Source of the DNA: Candidatus Eiseniibacteriota bacterium
GTDB taxonomy: Bacteria; Eisenbacteria; RBG-16-71-46; CAZAMP01
Assembly: GCA_965224245.1 (NCBI GenBank)
Contig: OZ245046.1
Span: 1,504,001 to 1,568,000 of the forward strand
Length of the DNA: 64,000 nt
Direction: 5' to 3'
The translations under genes were made by a program, and so were the position numbers. Under the pieces are notes generated by a model. It was not told the origin of the DNA, ran no database searches, and saw nothing but the letters and a program-made list of their open reading frames with translations. This document shows, one piece after another, positions 55,923-64,000 of this stretch (the first letter of the stretch is position 1; the number at the start of each line of letters is the position of its first letter).

Positions 55923-57449
55923 ATGCCTCATGAGGCGACATCTGAACGGCTTTCGCTGGAGACGCTCGTCGACGTGACGCTGGCGACGGCCCGCGAGCCG
56001 GGCCGGCTGGACGCGTTCCTGACCGCAGCCAGCCCCTGGGTGTCGCTCGCCGTGTGGGCCGGCGGAGCCGAGGCCCTCCGGACGTTCGACTCCCGCGAGG
56101 CGCTCTCCTTTGCGCTCCACCGGGACATGGCCCGCCTCGACGCGATGCTCGAGCGTCAGATGAACGCCATCCTGCACCATCCGCGCTTTCAGGGTCTAGA
56201 GGCTTCCTGGCGCGGGCTCCGGTACCTCGTCGACGTGGTGACGGCGCTGGACGATACCCGCTCGGTCGAGGTACGCGCCCTCAATGCGTCGTGGAAGGAG
56301 GTCACGCGCGACGTGGAGCGCGCGATCGAGTTCGATCAGATGTCGCTGTTCCGGAAGGTCTACAGCGACGAGTTCGGACGGCCCGGCGGAAAGCCTTTCG
56401 GGGTGCTCCTGGCCGACTACGAGATTCGTCACCGGCCGGATCGAGATCATCCGTACGTGGATCTCGACACGCTGGAGGGCCTGATGCAGGTGTCGGCGGC
56501 CGCACTGGCGCCGTTGATCCTCGGTGCGCATCCGGCGCTGTTCGGCGTGGATCGGTTCGACGAGCTGGTCACGATCCGTGATCTTCCCGAGACGTTCCGG
56601 TCGGTCGACTACGTGAAGTGGCGCGCGCTGCGCGAAACGCCGGACAGCCGCTACGTCGCGATCACGGTTCCCCGCGTCCTCATGCGCCCGATCTACGGTG
56701 ACGATCCGATGCGCAGGGACCGCTTCCGGTTCACCGAAGCGCTGGAGACCGAGGACGGTCGAGACGCGCATCTCTTCGGGACCGCGGTCTACGCCTACGG
56801 CGCGGTGCTCGTGCGCAGCTTCACCGACTCGGGGTGGTTCGGAGACATCCGTGGCATCCGGCGCGACGACGAGGGTGGGGGGCTCGTGCCGCTGATGGAC
56901 GTGGAATGGTTCGACACCGATCGTCGGGGCCTCGTGCCCAAGCCGGTGACCGACGTCGTCCTGCCCTCCGACGTCGAGGAGACGCTCAGCGAGCTGGGCT
57001 TCCTGACGCTCTGTCGCTGCTGGCAGACCGAGCGGTGCGCGTTCACGAACAGCCAGACGTTTCAGAAGCCGGCGGTGTACGACACGCTCGACGCGACGAC
57101 GAACGCACGTCTCTCTGCGCTTCTGCAGTACGTGCTGTGCGCGTCACGTTTCGGCCACTACATCAAGGTCCTGATGCGCGAGAAGGTCGGGTCGTTGCTG
57201 ACGGCCGCCGAGATCGAGCGCTACCTCGCCCGGTGGCTTCACGCCTACACGGCCGCCACCGACGACCTCGAGGTCGAGCTCCGCGCCAAGCACCCGCTTC
57301 GAGACGCACGGGTCGCGGTCAGCGAGAAGCCCGGGCTGCCGGGCACCTACGACTGCGTCGCTCACCTTCAACCCCATTTCCAGGTCGACCAGATGGTCTC
57401 CGCGCTCAAGCTCGTCACCGAGCTGTCGGGCGGCGCGAGATCCGGTTGA
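55923..57449 (+). CDS. tssC: second T6SS sheath large subunit (ImpD-like)
   Basis: ILHHPRFQGLEASWRGL, EFGRPGGKPFG, SRFGHYIKV, HLQPHFQ. Confidence 0.9.
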   Translation: MPHEATSERLSLETLVDVTLATAREPGRLDAFLTAASPWVSLAVWAGGAEALRTFDSREALSFALHRDMARLDAMLERQMNAILHHPRFQGLEASWRGLRYLVDVVTALDDTRSVEVRALNASWKEVTRDVERAIEFDQMSLFRKVYSDEFGRPGGKPFGVLLADYEIRHRPDRDHPYVDLDTLEGLMQVSAAALAPLILGAHPALFGVDRFDELVTIRDLPETFRSVDYVKWRALRETPDSRYVAITVPRVLMRPIYGDDPMRRDRFRFTEALETEDGRDAHLFGTAVYAYGAVLVRSFTDSGWFGDIRGIRRDDEGGGLVPLMDVEWFDTDRRGLVPKPVTDVVLPSDVEETLSELGFLTLCRCWQTERCAFTNSQTFQKPAVYDTLDATTNARLSALLQYVLCASRFGHYIKVLMREKVGSLLTAAEIERYLARWLHAYTAATDDLEVELRAKHPLRDARVAVSEKPGLPGTYDCVAHLQPHFQVDQMVSALKLVTELSGGARSG

Positions 57450-57465
57450 GGAGCCGAGGTCCAGT

Positions 57466-58269
57466 ATGAAGAAGGCGATCGAGCACTACGAGAGAGGCGA
57501 GCTGGACGAGGCGATCTCGGCCATGAACGATGAGGTGCGGTCCGATCCCACCGATCACGCTCGGCGGAGTTTCCTGTGCGAGCTCCTGTGCTTCGCGCGC
57601 AACTTCGAGCGCGCCGACAAGCAGCTGGAGATCATGCTCAACCAGCTTCCCGACGATGCGCCGGGGGTCGCGGTGTTGCGGCAGCTGGTGCGAGCCGAGC
57701 TGGATCGCCAGGAGTTTTTCTCCCAGGGGCGTGTTCCCGAGTTCCTGGCCGAGCCCGACGAGGCGCTGCAGCGGTACCTCAGGGCGTCGATCGCGATCCG
57801 AGAGGGCGACGCCGTCGCCGCGGCCACGCTCCTGGCCGAGGCCGAGGAGGCCAGGAGCCCGCGAGCCGGCACGTGTGACGGCGAGCGGATCGACGACTTC
57901 CGAGACCTCGACGATCTCACCGCCGGTGTGGTCGAGACGCTCACCAGCACCGGCAAGTACTACTGGGTGCCGGTGAGTCGCATTCGATCGATGACGTTCC
58001 ATCCGCCCGAGCGCCCGTTCGATCTGATCTGGCGCCGAACGATGATGGACGTGGAGGACGGGCCCGAGGGCGAGGTCTACGTTCCGACGCGCTACGCGCC
58101 CGGACCCGACGAGGACGACGCGGCGCGTCTCGTCCGGCGAACCGACTGGATCGGGAGCGACGGCGAGGCGGTGCGGGGAGTGGGACAGCGCATGTTCCTG
58201 TGCGGCGCGGAGCCGCGACCGATTCTGGAGATCGGCTCGATCACGCTCGACGAGTCGGGGGAGGGCTAG
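57466..58269 (+). CDS. tagJ: TagJ/ImpE (SciE) ClpV adaptor
   Basis: ELLCF...ERADKQL, RDLDD, GKYYWVP, DLIWR, PTRY, GVGQRMF. Confidence 0.9.
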   Translation: MKKAIEHYERGELDEAISAMNDEVRSDPTDHARRSFLCELLCFARNFERADKQLEIMLNQLPDDAPGVAVLRQLVRAELDRQEFFSQGRVPEFLAEPDEALQRYLRASIAIREGDAVAAATLLAEAEEARSPRAGTCDGERIDDFRDLDDLTAGVVETLTSTGKYYWVPVSRIRSMTFHPPERPFDLIWRRTMMDVEDGPEGEVYVPTRYAPGPDEDDAARLVRRTDWIGSDGEAVRGVGQRMFLCGAEPRPILEIGSITLDESGEG

Positions 58270-58275
58270 GCGCGC

Positions 58276-58773
58276 ATGGCGCACATCCCCGTCGATCAGC
58301 CGGTCGTCCCATCCGTCCTGGATCGCCTGATCCTCGACGATCCGTCGAGCACCCGCGATCCGGACAAGAGCTGGGGCGTCGTGCTGCGCGAGCTGCGTGA
58401 GTCCGTCCGGCGGGATCTCGAGAACTTTCTGAACACGCGCCAGCGCTGCCGCTCCTGGCCCGCGGCGCTCGGCGAGCTCAATCGCTCGCTCATCAACTAC
58501 GGGGTACCCGACTTCACCGGCGCGGGGCTGGGCTCCGACGAGAGCCGATCCCGGTTTCGGCGCTCGCTCGAGGTCCTGATCCGCTCGTTCGAGCCGCGTT
58601 TCAAGACCGTGAGGGTGACGGTGCTCGAGAACGCGAACCCCGCCGACCGGACGCTGCGGCTGCGCATCGACGCGCTCCTTCACGCCGAGCCGGCACCCGA
58701 GCCGCTCTCCTTCGACACGACCGTCGAGCCGGTGAGCCGTACGTTCGAGGTCAGAGGAGCCGACGATGTCTGA
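58276..58773 (+). CDS. tssE: T6SS baseplate TssE
   Basis: SVLDRL, SVRRDLENFLNTR, NYGVPDF, FEPRF. Confidence 0.93.
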   Translation: MAHIPVDQPVVPSVLDRLILDDPSSTRDPDKSWGVVLRELRESVRRDLENFLNTRQRCRSWPAALGELNRSLINYGVPDFTGAGLGSDESRSRFRRSLEVLIRSFEPRFKTVRVTVLENANPADRTLRLRIDALLHAEPAPEPLSFDTTVEPVSRTFEVRGADDV

Positions 58774-60589
58774 GCCGCTCCTCGATCACTACAACCGGGA
58801 GCTCGACTACATCCGCCGTCTGGGCGCCGAGTTCGCCCGGGAGAACCCGCTCATCGCGGGACGCCTGGGGCTCGGACCGAGCGGCACCGTCGAGGACCCC
58901 CACGTCGCGCGCCTGATCGAGTCGTTTGCGTTCATCTCGGCCCGCACGCGACAGAAGCTCGAGGACGACTTCCCCGAGCTGACCAGCGCACTGCTGGGCG
59001 TGTTGTACCCGCACTACCTGGCGCCCCTGCCGTCGATGGCGATCGCGCGTTTCGACGCGCAGCCGGAGCTGACCAGCGGTCACACGCTGCCGCGCCACAC
59101 GCTCGTCGAGACCGACCCCGTGGACGGAGAGCCGTGCCTGTTCCGGACGGGGTATCCGGTGACGCTCTGGCCCATCGGCATCTCCGACGCGGCGCTCGTG
59201 CGCAGGCCGTTCTCGATCACGGTACCGCCGGGGGCCCAGGACGCGGTCGCCGTGCTGAGGCTCGTTCTCGATGGTCTCTCGAAGGACGTCAGCTTCGCCG
59301 AGCTCCAGCCCGAGTCGTTGCGGCTGTTCATCTCGGCTCCGGTGCCGGCATGCCACCACCTGTACGAGCTTCTGGTCAACAACGTGCTCGAGGTCGCGGT
59401 GGCCACCGGTCCCGACGACAAGAAGCCGATACCGCTGGGGGCCGACGCCATCCAGCCCGTCGGCTTCGGGCGCGACGAGCTGCTGCTGCCGGTACCGGCG
59501 CGGTCGTTCAGCGGCTACTCGATCCTGACCGAGTTCTTCGTGTTCCGCGAGAAGTTCCTGTTCGTGGATATCGCCGGGATCGACCGGCGCGCGCTGCGTC
59601 AGATCGGCAACCACCTCGAGCTGTACCTGTACCTGCGCGGGACCGCGCAGGTGGCCGAGCAGGACGTGACCCCGACCGCGTTCTCGCTGGGCTGCACGCC
59701 CATCGTGAACCTGTTCGAGCACCGCGCCGATCCGATCCAGCTCGACGACGAACGACACGAGTATCGTGTCGTACCCGATTCACGGCGGCAGCAGGCCACC
59801 GAGGTGTACGCGATCCAGGCGGTGCACGCCACGCGCGCCGACGGGTCGGCACGCGCCTTTCATCCCCTCTACGGATTCACGCACGGGGTGCGCGACCATC
59901 TGGCCGCGGGACACTGGGTGTCGGTGCGACGTCCGGCGCCCGGTGCCGACCCGGGGACCGACGTGTTCATCCAGCTCGTGGATTCCGAGAGCGAGCCCAT
60001 GTCCCTCGACGAGCCCGTGCTGTCGGTGGAGACGCTCTGTACGAATCGCGATCTGCCGTCGCACCTGCCGTTCGGAGGAGGGCAGCCGCGGCTGGCGCTG
60101 GCGGAGGGAGGGGCGCCGATCGCGGGGATCGCGTGTCTGACCAAGCCGACCCGGACCGTCCGGCCGAGTCTCGGCCACGGCACGATGTGGCGACTGATCT
60201 CTCACCTGTCGCTCAATCATCTGTCCATCACCGGGGCGGACGATGGGGCCGCGGCGCTGCGGGAGATCATGGCCCTCTACGACTTTCGCGACTCCGACGA
60301 GACGCGGGCGTGGATCGACGGCATCTCGTCGGTCACCTCGTCCCGCGTGCTCAGGCGCGTGCGCTCGGAGGGACGTACCGGAATGGCCAACGGGCTCGAG
60401 GTGCGCGTCACGCTCCGGCCCGAACGGTTCGCGGCGGGCGGACTGTTCGTCTTCGCGTCCGTGCTCGAGCGGTTCCTCGGGCTGTACGCGCACGTCAACG
60501 GGTTCACGCAGATGGTGCTCTCGGTCGAGGGCCAGGAAGGGGAGGTTCGCCGATGGGCGCCACGAGCGGGCGATCGTCCGCTTCTGTAG
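58766..60589 (+). CDS. tssF: T6SS baseplate TssF
   Basis: YNREL, DPHVARLIESFAF, YPHYLAPLPS, LGCTPIVNLF, WRLISHLSLNHLS. Confidence 0.96.
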   Translation: MSEPLLDHYNRELDYIRRLGAEFARENPLIAGRLGLGPSGTVEDPHVARLIESFAFISARTRQKLEDDFPELTSALLGVLYPHYLAPLPSMAIARFDAQPELTSGHTLPRHTLVETDPVDGEPCLFRTGYPVTLWPIGISDAALVRRPFSITVPPGAQDAVAVLRLVLDGLSKDVSFAELQPESLRLFISAPVPACHHLYELLVNNVLEVAVATGPDDKKPIPLGADAIQPVGFGRDELLLPVPARSFSGYSILTEFFVFREKFLFVDIAGIDRRALRQIGNHLELYLYLRGTAQVAEQDVTPTAFSLGCTPIVNLFEHRADPIQLDDERHEYRVVPDSRRQQATEVYAIQAVHATRADGSARAFHPLYGFTHGVRDHLAAGHWVSVRRPAPGADPGTDVFIQLVDSESEPMSLDEPVLSVETLCTNRDLPSHLPFGGGQPRLALAEGGAPIAGIACLTKPTRTVRPSLGHGTMWRLISHLSLNHLSITGADDGAAALREIMALYDFRDSDETRAWIDGISSVTSSRVLRRVRSEGRTGMANGLEVRVTLRPERFAAGGLFVFASVLERFLGLYAHVNGFTQMVLSVEGQEGEVRRWAPRAGDRPLL

Positions 60590-61683
60590 TCGAGCGCCTT
60601 CGGGCGCGACCCACACGCTTCGGCTTCTTCCAGGCGGTTCGCATCCTGGAGCGCGCCGCGGCGCGCGCCGAGCCCGCGCCGGCCCGGGCCAGACGGACGT
60701 TCGTCGGATCGGACGACCCGGCGGCGGAGGCGGTTCGGTTCCGGGTCACTCCCTCGTTGGGGTTCCCGGCGCACGCGATCGATCGGATTCGACGCCGGGA
60801 GGGCCAGACGCACGACGAGGTGACGATCACGTTCACCGGACTGACCGGCCCGGCAGGCGTCCTCCCCGATCACTACACCGAGCTCGTCCTCCGGCGCTCC
60901 CGCCGCCGGGACAACGGGCTACGCGACTTCCTCGATCTGTTCAACCACCGGCTGGTCGCGTTCTTCTATCGCGCGTGGGTCAAGTACCGGCCGCCGGTCG
61001 CGTACGAGCGCGCGCAGATGCGAGGCGACACCGACGCGTTCTCGTCCGCCGTGCGCGCGCTGGTGGGGCTCGCCGCCCCGAGCCTGAGCGATCGGCTCGG
61101 GCTCTCGGACGAGTCGTTCATGTACTACGCGGGGCATCTCTCGCGTGCGCCCCGATCGGCCGCCGTGATCGAGCAGCTCGTGGCCGAGCGCTTCGGCCTG
61201 CCCGCGCGTCTGGATCAGTTTGCCGGGGAGTGGCGGTATCTGCCCGAGAACGATCGCACGCGGCTTCCCAGTGCGAGGCGCCCCGACGGCTCGTACGCCG
61301 TCCTCGGGCGCGATGCGATGCTGGGCGAGCGCTGCTGGGACGTGACGGGTCGGGTTCGCCTGTGGCTGGGTCCGATGCCGTACGCGGCCTATCGCGAGCT
61401 GCTCCCGGGGGGAGACCAGGCGCACGCGCTCGGCGACTTCACGAAGATGGTGCTGGGGCCCTCGCTCGGTGCGGAGGTCCAGCTCGTCCTGTCCCAGGAC
61501 GACGTGCCGCCGCTCCGACTGGCGGGACACGCGACGGGCGACGCGCCCGCGGAAGGCGAGATGCCGGACGACCCGGACGCGCGCCGACTGGGCTGGGACA
61601 CCTGGCTGGCCGCGTCCTCAGGGGAGACCGTGCTGCTGGGTGCGACGTTGAACGTGGATGATGAACGAGCGGCGGTGGCCTGA
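60553..61683 (+). CDS. tssG: T6SS baseplate TssG
   Basis: FGFFQAVRILE, GLTGPAGVLPDHYTE, DFLDLFNHR, LGWDTWL; ATG overlaps the tssF end. Confidence 0.93.
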   Translation: MGATSGRSSASVVERLRARPTRFGFFQAVRILERAAARAEPAPARARRTFVGSDDPAAEAVRFRVTPSLGFPAHAIDRIRRREGQTHDEVTITFTGLTGPAGVLPDHYTELVLRRSRRRDNGLRDFLDLFNHRLVAFFYRAWVKYRPPVAYERAQMRGDTDAFSSAVRALVGLAAPSLSDRLGLSDESFMYYAGHLSRAPRSAAVIEQLVAERFGLPARLDQFAGEWRYLPENDRTRLPSARRPDGSYAVLGRDAMLGERCWDVTGRVRLWLGPMPYAAYRELLPGGDQAHALGDFTKMVLGPSLGAEVQLVLSQDDVPPLRLAGHATGDAPAEGEMPDDPDARRLGWDTWLAASSGETVLLGATLNVDDERAAVA

Positions 61684-61761
61684 CGGCACCGTCGTCGCGC
61701 GACTGCACGAGGAGACGCCGCACGGCACGGGCCGACGCGGCGATAGAGGCTGGAGAGACGC

Positions 61762-64000
61762 ATGGCGATCAACCTGAAGTCCCTGGTCCAACGACTCGAT
61801 CCGGTCTGCCGGCGGACGTTGGAAGGCGCGGCCGGGCTCTGCCTGTCCCGCACGCATTACAACGTCGAGGTCGAGCACTGGCTGACCAAGCTGTGCGAGA
61901 CGACCGATACCGATCTGGCGCTGATCCTGAACCAGCTCGACGTGGACATCTCGCGCCTGAACGCGGATCTCACGCGCACGCTGGACGGGTTCAAGACCGG
62001 CAACTCCCGGCCGCCGGCGCTCTCGCCGAACGTGGTCGAGCTGGCGCGCGAGGCGTGGCTGGTCGCGTCGCTGGAGTACGGTGCAGCCCACACGCGATCG
62101 GGGCACGTGCTGATCGCGCTGGTCACCGATTCCAGCCTCTCGCGACTCGCCCGGGACGTGTCCCGCGAGTTCGAGAAGCTCGGCCCGGAGGCGGTAGCCG
62201 GCGCGTTCGCGACCGTCGGCGGTGACTCCGGCGAGAACGACGGGTCGGCCACGGTGGCCGGGGCCGCCGCGCCGGCCGGAGCCGGAGGCATGCCGGCGGC
62301 GGGCGGCGGAACCGCGCTCGCCCAGTACACGATCGACCTCACCGCCCGCGCCGCGGGGGGGCACATCGACCCGGTGCTGGGTCGCGACGGCGAGATCCGT
62401 CAGATGATCGACATCCTGAGCCGGCGGCGTCAGAACAACCCGATCCTCACCGGTGAGGCCGGCGTGGGCAAGACGGCCGTCGTCGAGGGCTTCGCCCAGC
62501 GAATCGCCGACGGTGACGTGCCTCCGTCGCTCCAGGGCGTCGCGGTGCACACGCTCGATCTGGGTCTGCTCCAGGCCGGCGCGGGGATGAAGGGCGAGTT
62601 CGAGAACCGGCTGAAGTCCGTGATCGACGAGGTCAAGGCGTCCGCCAAGCCCATCATCATGTTCATCGACGAGGCGCACACGCTGATCGGCGCAGGTGGC
62701 CAGGCGGGGCAGAACGACGCCGCGAACCTCCTGAAGCCCGCCCTGGCCCGCGGCGAGCTGCGCACCGTGGCCGCCACCACGTGGGCGGAGTACAAGAAGT
62801 ACTTCGAGCGCGACGCCGCGCTGGCCCGTCGCTTCCAGGTGGTCAAGGTGGAGGAGCCGAGCGAGGAGTCGGCGATCGAGATGATGCGGGGCCTCAGCAA
62901 GACGATGCAGTCGCATCACGGCGTTCGCGTCCTCGACGAGGCGATTCAGGCGTCGGTGCGCCTGTCCAGCCGGTACATCACCGGTCGCCAGCTCCCGGAC
63001 AAGTCCGTGAGCCTCATCGACACGGCCTGTGCGCGCGTGGCCATCAGTCACACGGCGACACCGGCGGTCATCGAGGACGGCCGGCGCGGCATCGAGCAGC
63101 TCGGCGTGGCCATCGAGTCCCTCGAGCGCGAGCAGGACGCGGGCGCGGACCATGCCGAACGCATCGGTGAGATGAAGACGAAGCGCGATGGGGCGCAGAC
63201 CGCGCTGACGCAGCACGAGGAGCGCTGGAAGCGGGAGCTGGAGCTGGCTCGCGAGATCCGCACGCTTCAGGACAAGCTCGCCGGACCGCTGACCCCGTCC
63301 GGTGGCGCCAGGTCCGCTCCGGCGACCGAGGCGGCCGGGGAGGCACCGGCCGGCGACACCTCCGAGACGCCGGCTCCCGCGGGGCCGGTCACCGATCCCG
63401 GCGAGCGGACCGCCATCGCGGGAGAGCTCGAGACCAAGCGAGCCGAGCTGCGGGAGCTCCAGGGCGAGGAGCCGCTGGTCCAGGTGTCCGTCGACGAGCA
63501 GGCCATCGCCGACGTGGTGTCCGCATGGACCGGGATTCCGGTCGGCCGCATGGTGGCCGACGAGATCGGCACCGTCCTCTCGCTCCGGGAGCGAATGGAG
63601 GAGCGAATCGTCGGCCAGTCGCACGCGCTGGAGGAGATCGCGCAGACGATCCGGACCGGCCGCGCGAACCTGACCGACCCGGGCCGTCCGATCGGCGTGT
63701 TCATGATGGCGGGGCCGTCGGGCGTCGGGAAGACCGAGACCGCGATCACGCTGGCCGAGCTCCTGTACGGCGGTGACCAGAACATGACCGTGATCAACAT
63801 GTCCGAGTTCAAGGAGGAGCACAAGGTCTCGCTCCTGATGGGCTCTCCGCCGGGGTACGTGGGCTACGGCGAGGGCGGTGTGCTCACCGAAGCCGTCCGT
63901 CGCAAGCCGTACAGCGTCGTTCTCCTGGACGAGATGGAGAAGGCGCACCCGGGCGTGCAGGACGTCTTCTATCAGGTGTTCGACAAGGGCATGATGAAGG
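61762..64000 (+). CDS. tssH: T6SS ClpV ATPase, 3'-truncated by the window edge (absent from the ORF track)
   Basis: MAINLKSLVQRL...AAGLCLSRTHYNVEVEHW; RRRQNNPILTGEAGVGKT; GPSGVGKTE; GSPPGYVGYGEGG. Confidence 0.96.
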   Translation, partial: MAINLKSLVQRLDPVCRRTLEGAAGLCLSRTHYNVEVEHWLTKLCETTDTDLALILNQLDVDISRLNADLTRTLDGFKTGNSRPPALSPNVVELAREAWLVASLEYGAAHTRSGHVLIALVTDSSLSRLARDVSREFEKLGPEAVAGAFATVGGDSGENDGSATVAGAAAPAGAGGMPAAGGGTALAQYTIDLTARAAGGHIDPVLGRDGEIRQMIDILSRRRQNNPILTGEAGVGKTAVVEGFAQRIADGDVPPSLQGVAVHTLDLGLLQAGAGMKGEFENRLKSVIDEVKASAKPIIMFIDEAHTLIGAGGQAGQNDAANLLKPALARGELRTVAATTWAEYKKYFERDAALARRFQVVKVEEPSEESAIEMMRGLSKTMQSHHGVRVLDEAIQASVRLSSRYITGRQLPDKSVSLIDTACARVAISHTATPAVIEDGRRGIEQLGVAIESLEREQDAGADHAERIGEMKTKRDGAQTALTQHEERWKRELELAREIRTLQDKLAGPLTPSGGARSAPATEAAGEAPAGDTSETPAPAGPVTDPGERTAIAGELETKRAELRELQGEEPLVQVSVDEQAIADVVSAWTGIPVGRMVADEIGTVLSLRERMEERIVGQSHALEEIAQTIRTGRANLTDPGRPIGVFMMAGPSGVGKTETAITLAELLYGGDQNMTVINMSEFKEEHKVSLLMGSPPGYVGYGEGGVLTEAVRRKPYSVVLLDEMEKAHPGVQDVFYQVFDKGMMK

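Noticed and set aside
63280-63410. Ala/Pro-rich insertion in ClpV (similar one in the GT at ~28965-29070)
   Set aside because: In-frame low-complexity linkers at commonly variable positions; no intein or mobile-element signature.
1-64000. CRISPR array, tRNA or rRNA genes
   Set aside because: No regularly spaced repeat-spacer pattern or structural RNA gene recognised; intergenic gaps are short.

Overview
A GC-rich (roughly 70% by eye) diderm bacterial window. The C-terminal FlgD-Ig/'PNP...WDGRD' sorting-type domain and the gene families suggest an Eisenbacteria/Krumholzibacteriota/Latescibacterota-like lineage; this is inference. There are four blocks. (1) 1-9.1 kb: envelope genes (5'-truncated PEGA membrane protein, OM beta-barrel, GT2, circularly permuted SpoIVB/S55 peptidase plus beta-propeller partner). 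(2) 9.2-35.0 kb: a large surface-polysaccharide region (two flippases, two O-antigen ligase/polymerase-like proteins, seven GTs, wza, asnB, priming GT, wzc, an HprK-like kinase, a GNAT, a secreted clan-A glycoside hydrolase). An IS110/IS1111-type element sits in it, with readable ends, CT core, downstream structured bridge/seekRNA-like region and reconstructable empty site; its transposase is frameshifted near the C-terminus. (3) 35.1-45.5 kb: an apparently undescribed trans-envelope signalling module (TPR-CsgG/HfaB lipoprotein, OM barrel, membrane Ser/Thr kinase, second CsgG-fold protein, two Zn-ribbon proteins including an FHA, a Zn-finger pseudokinase-like protein and a stand-alone TagH-C-like protein). 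(4) 45.5-64 kb: a type VI secretion system joined directly to block 3 (tssJ?-K-L-M-tagF, tssA-B-C-C2-tagJ-E-F-G-H), running off the window. hcp, vgrG and pppA are not seen.
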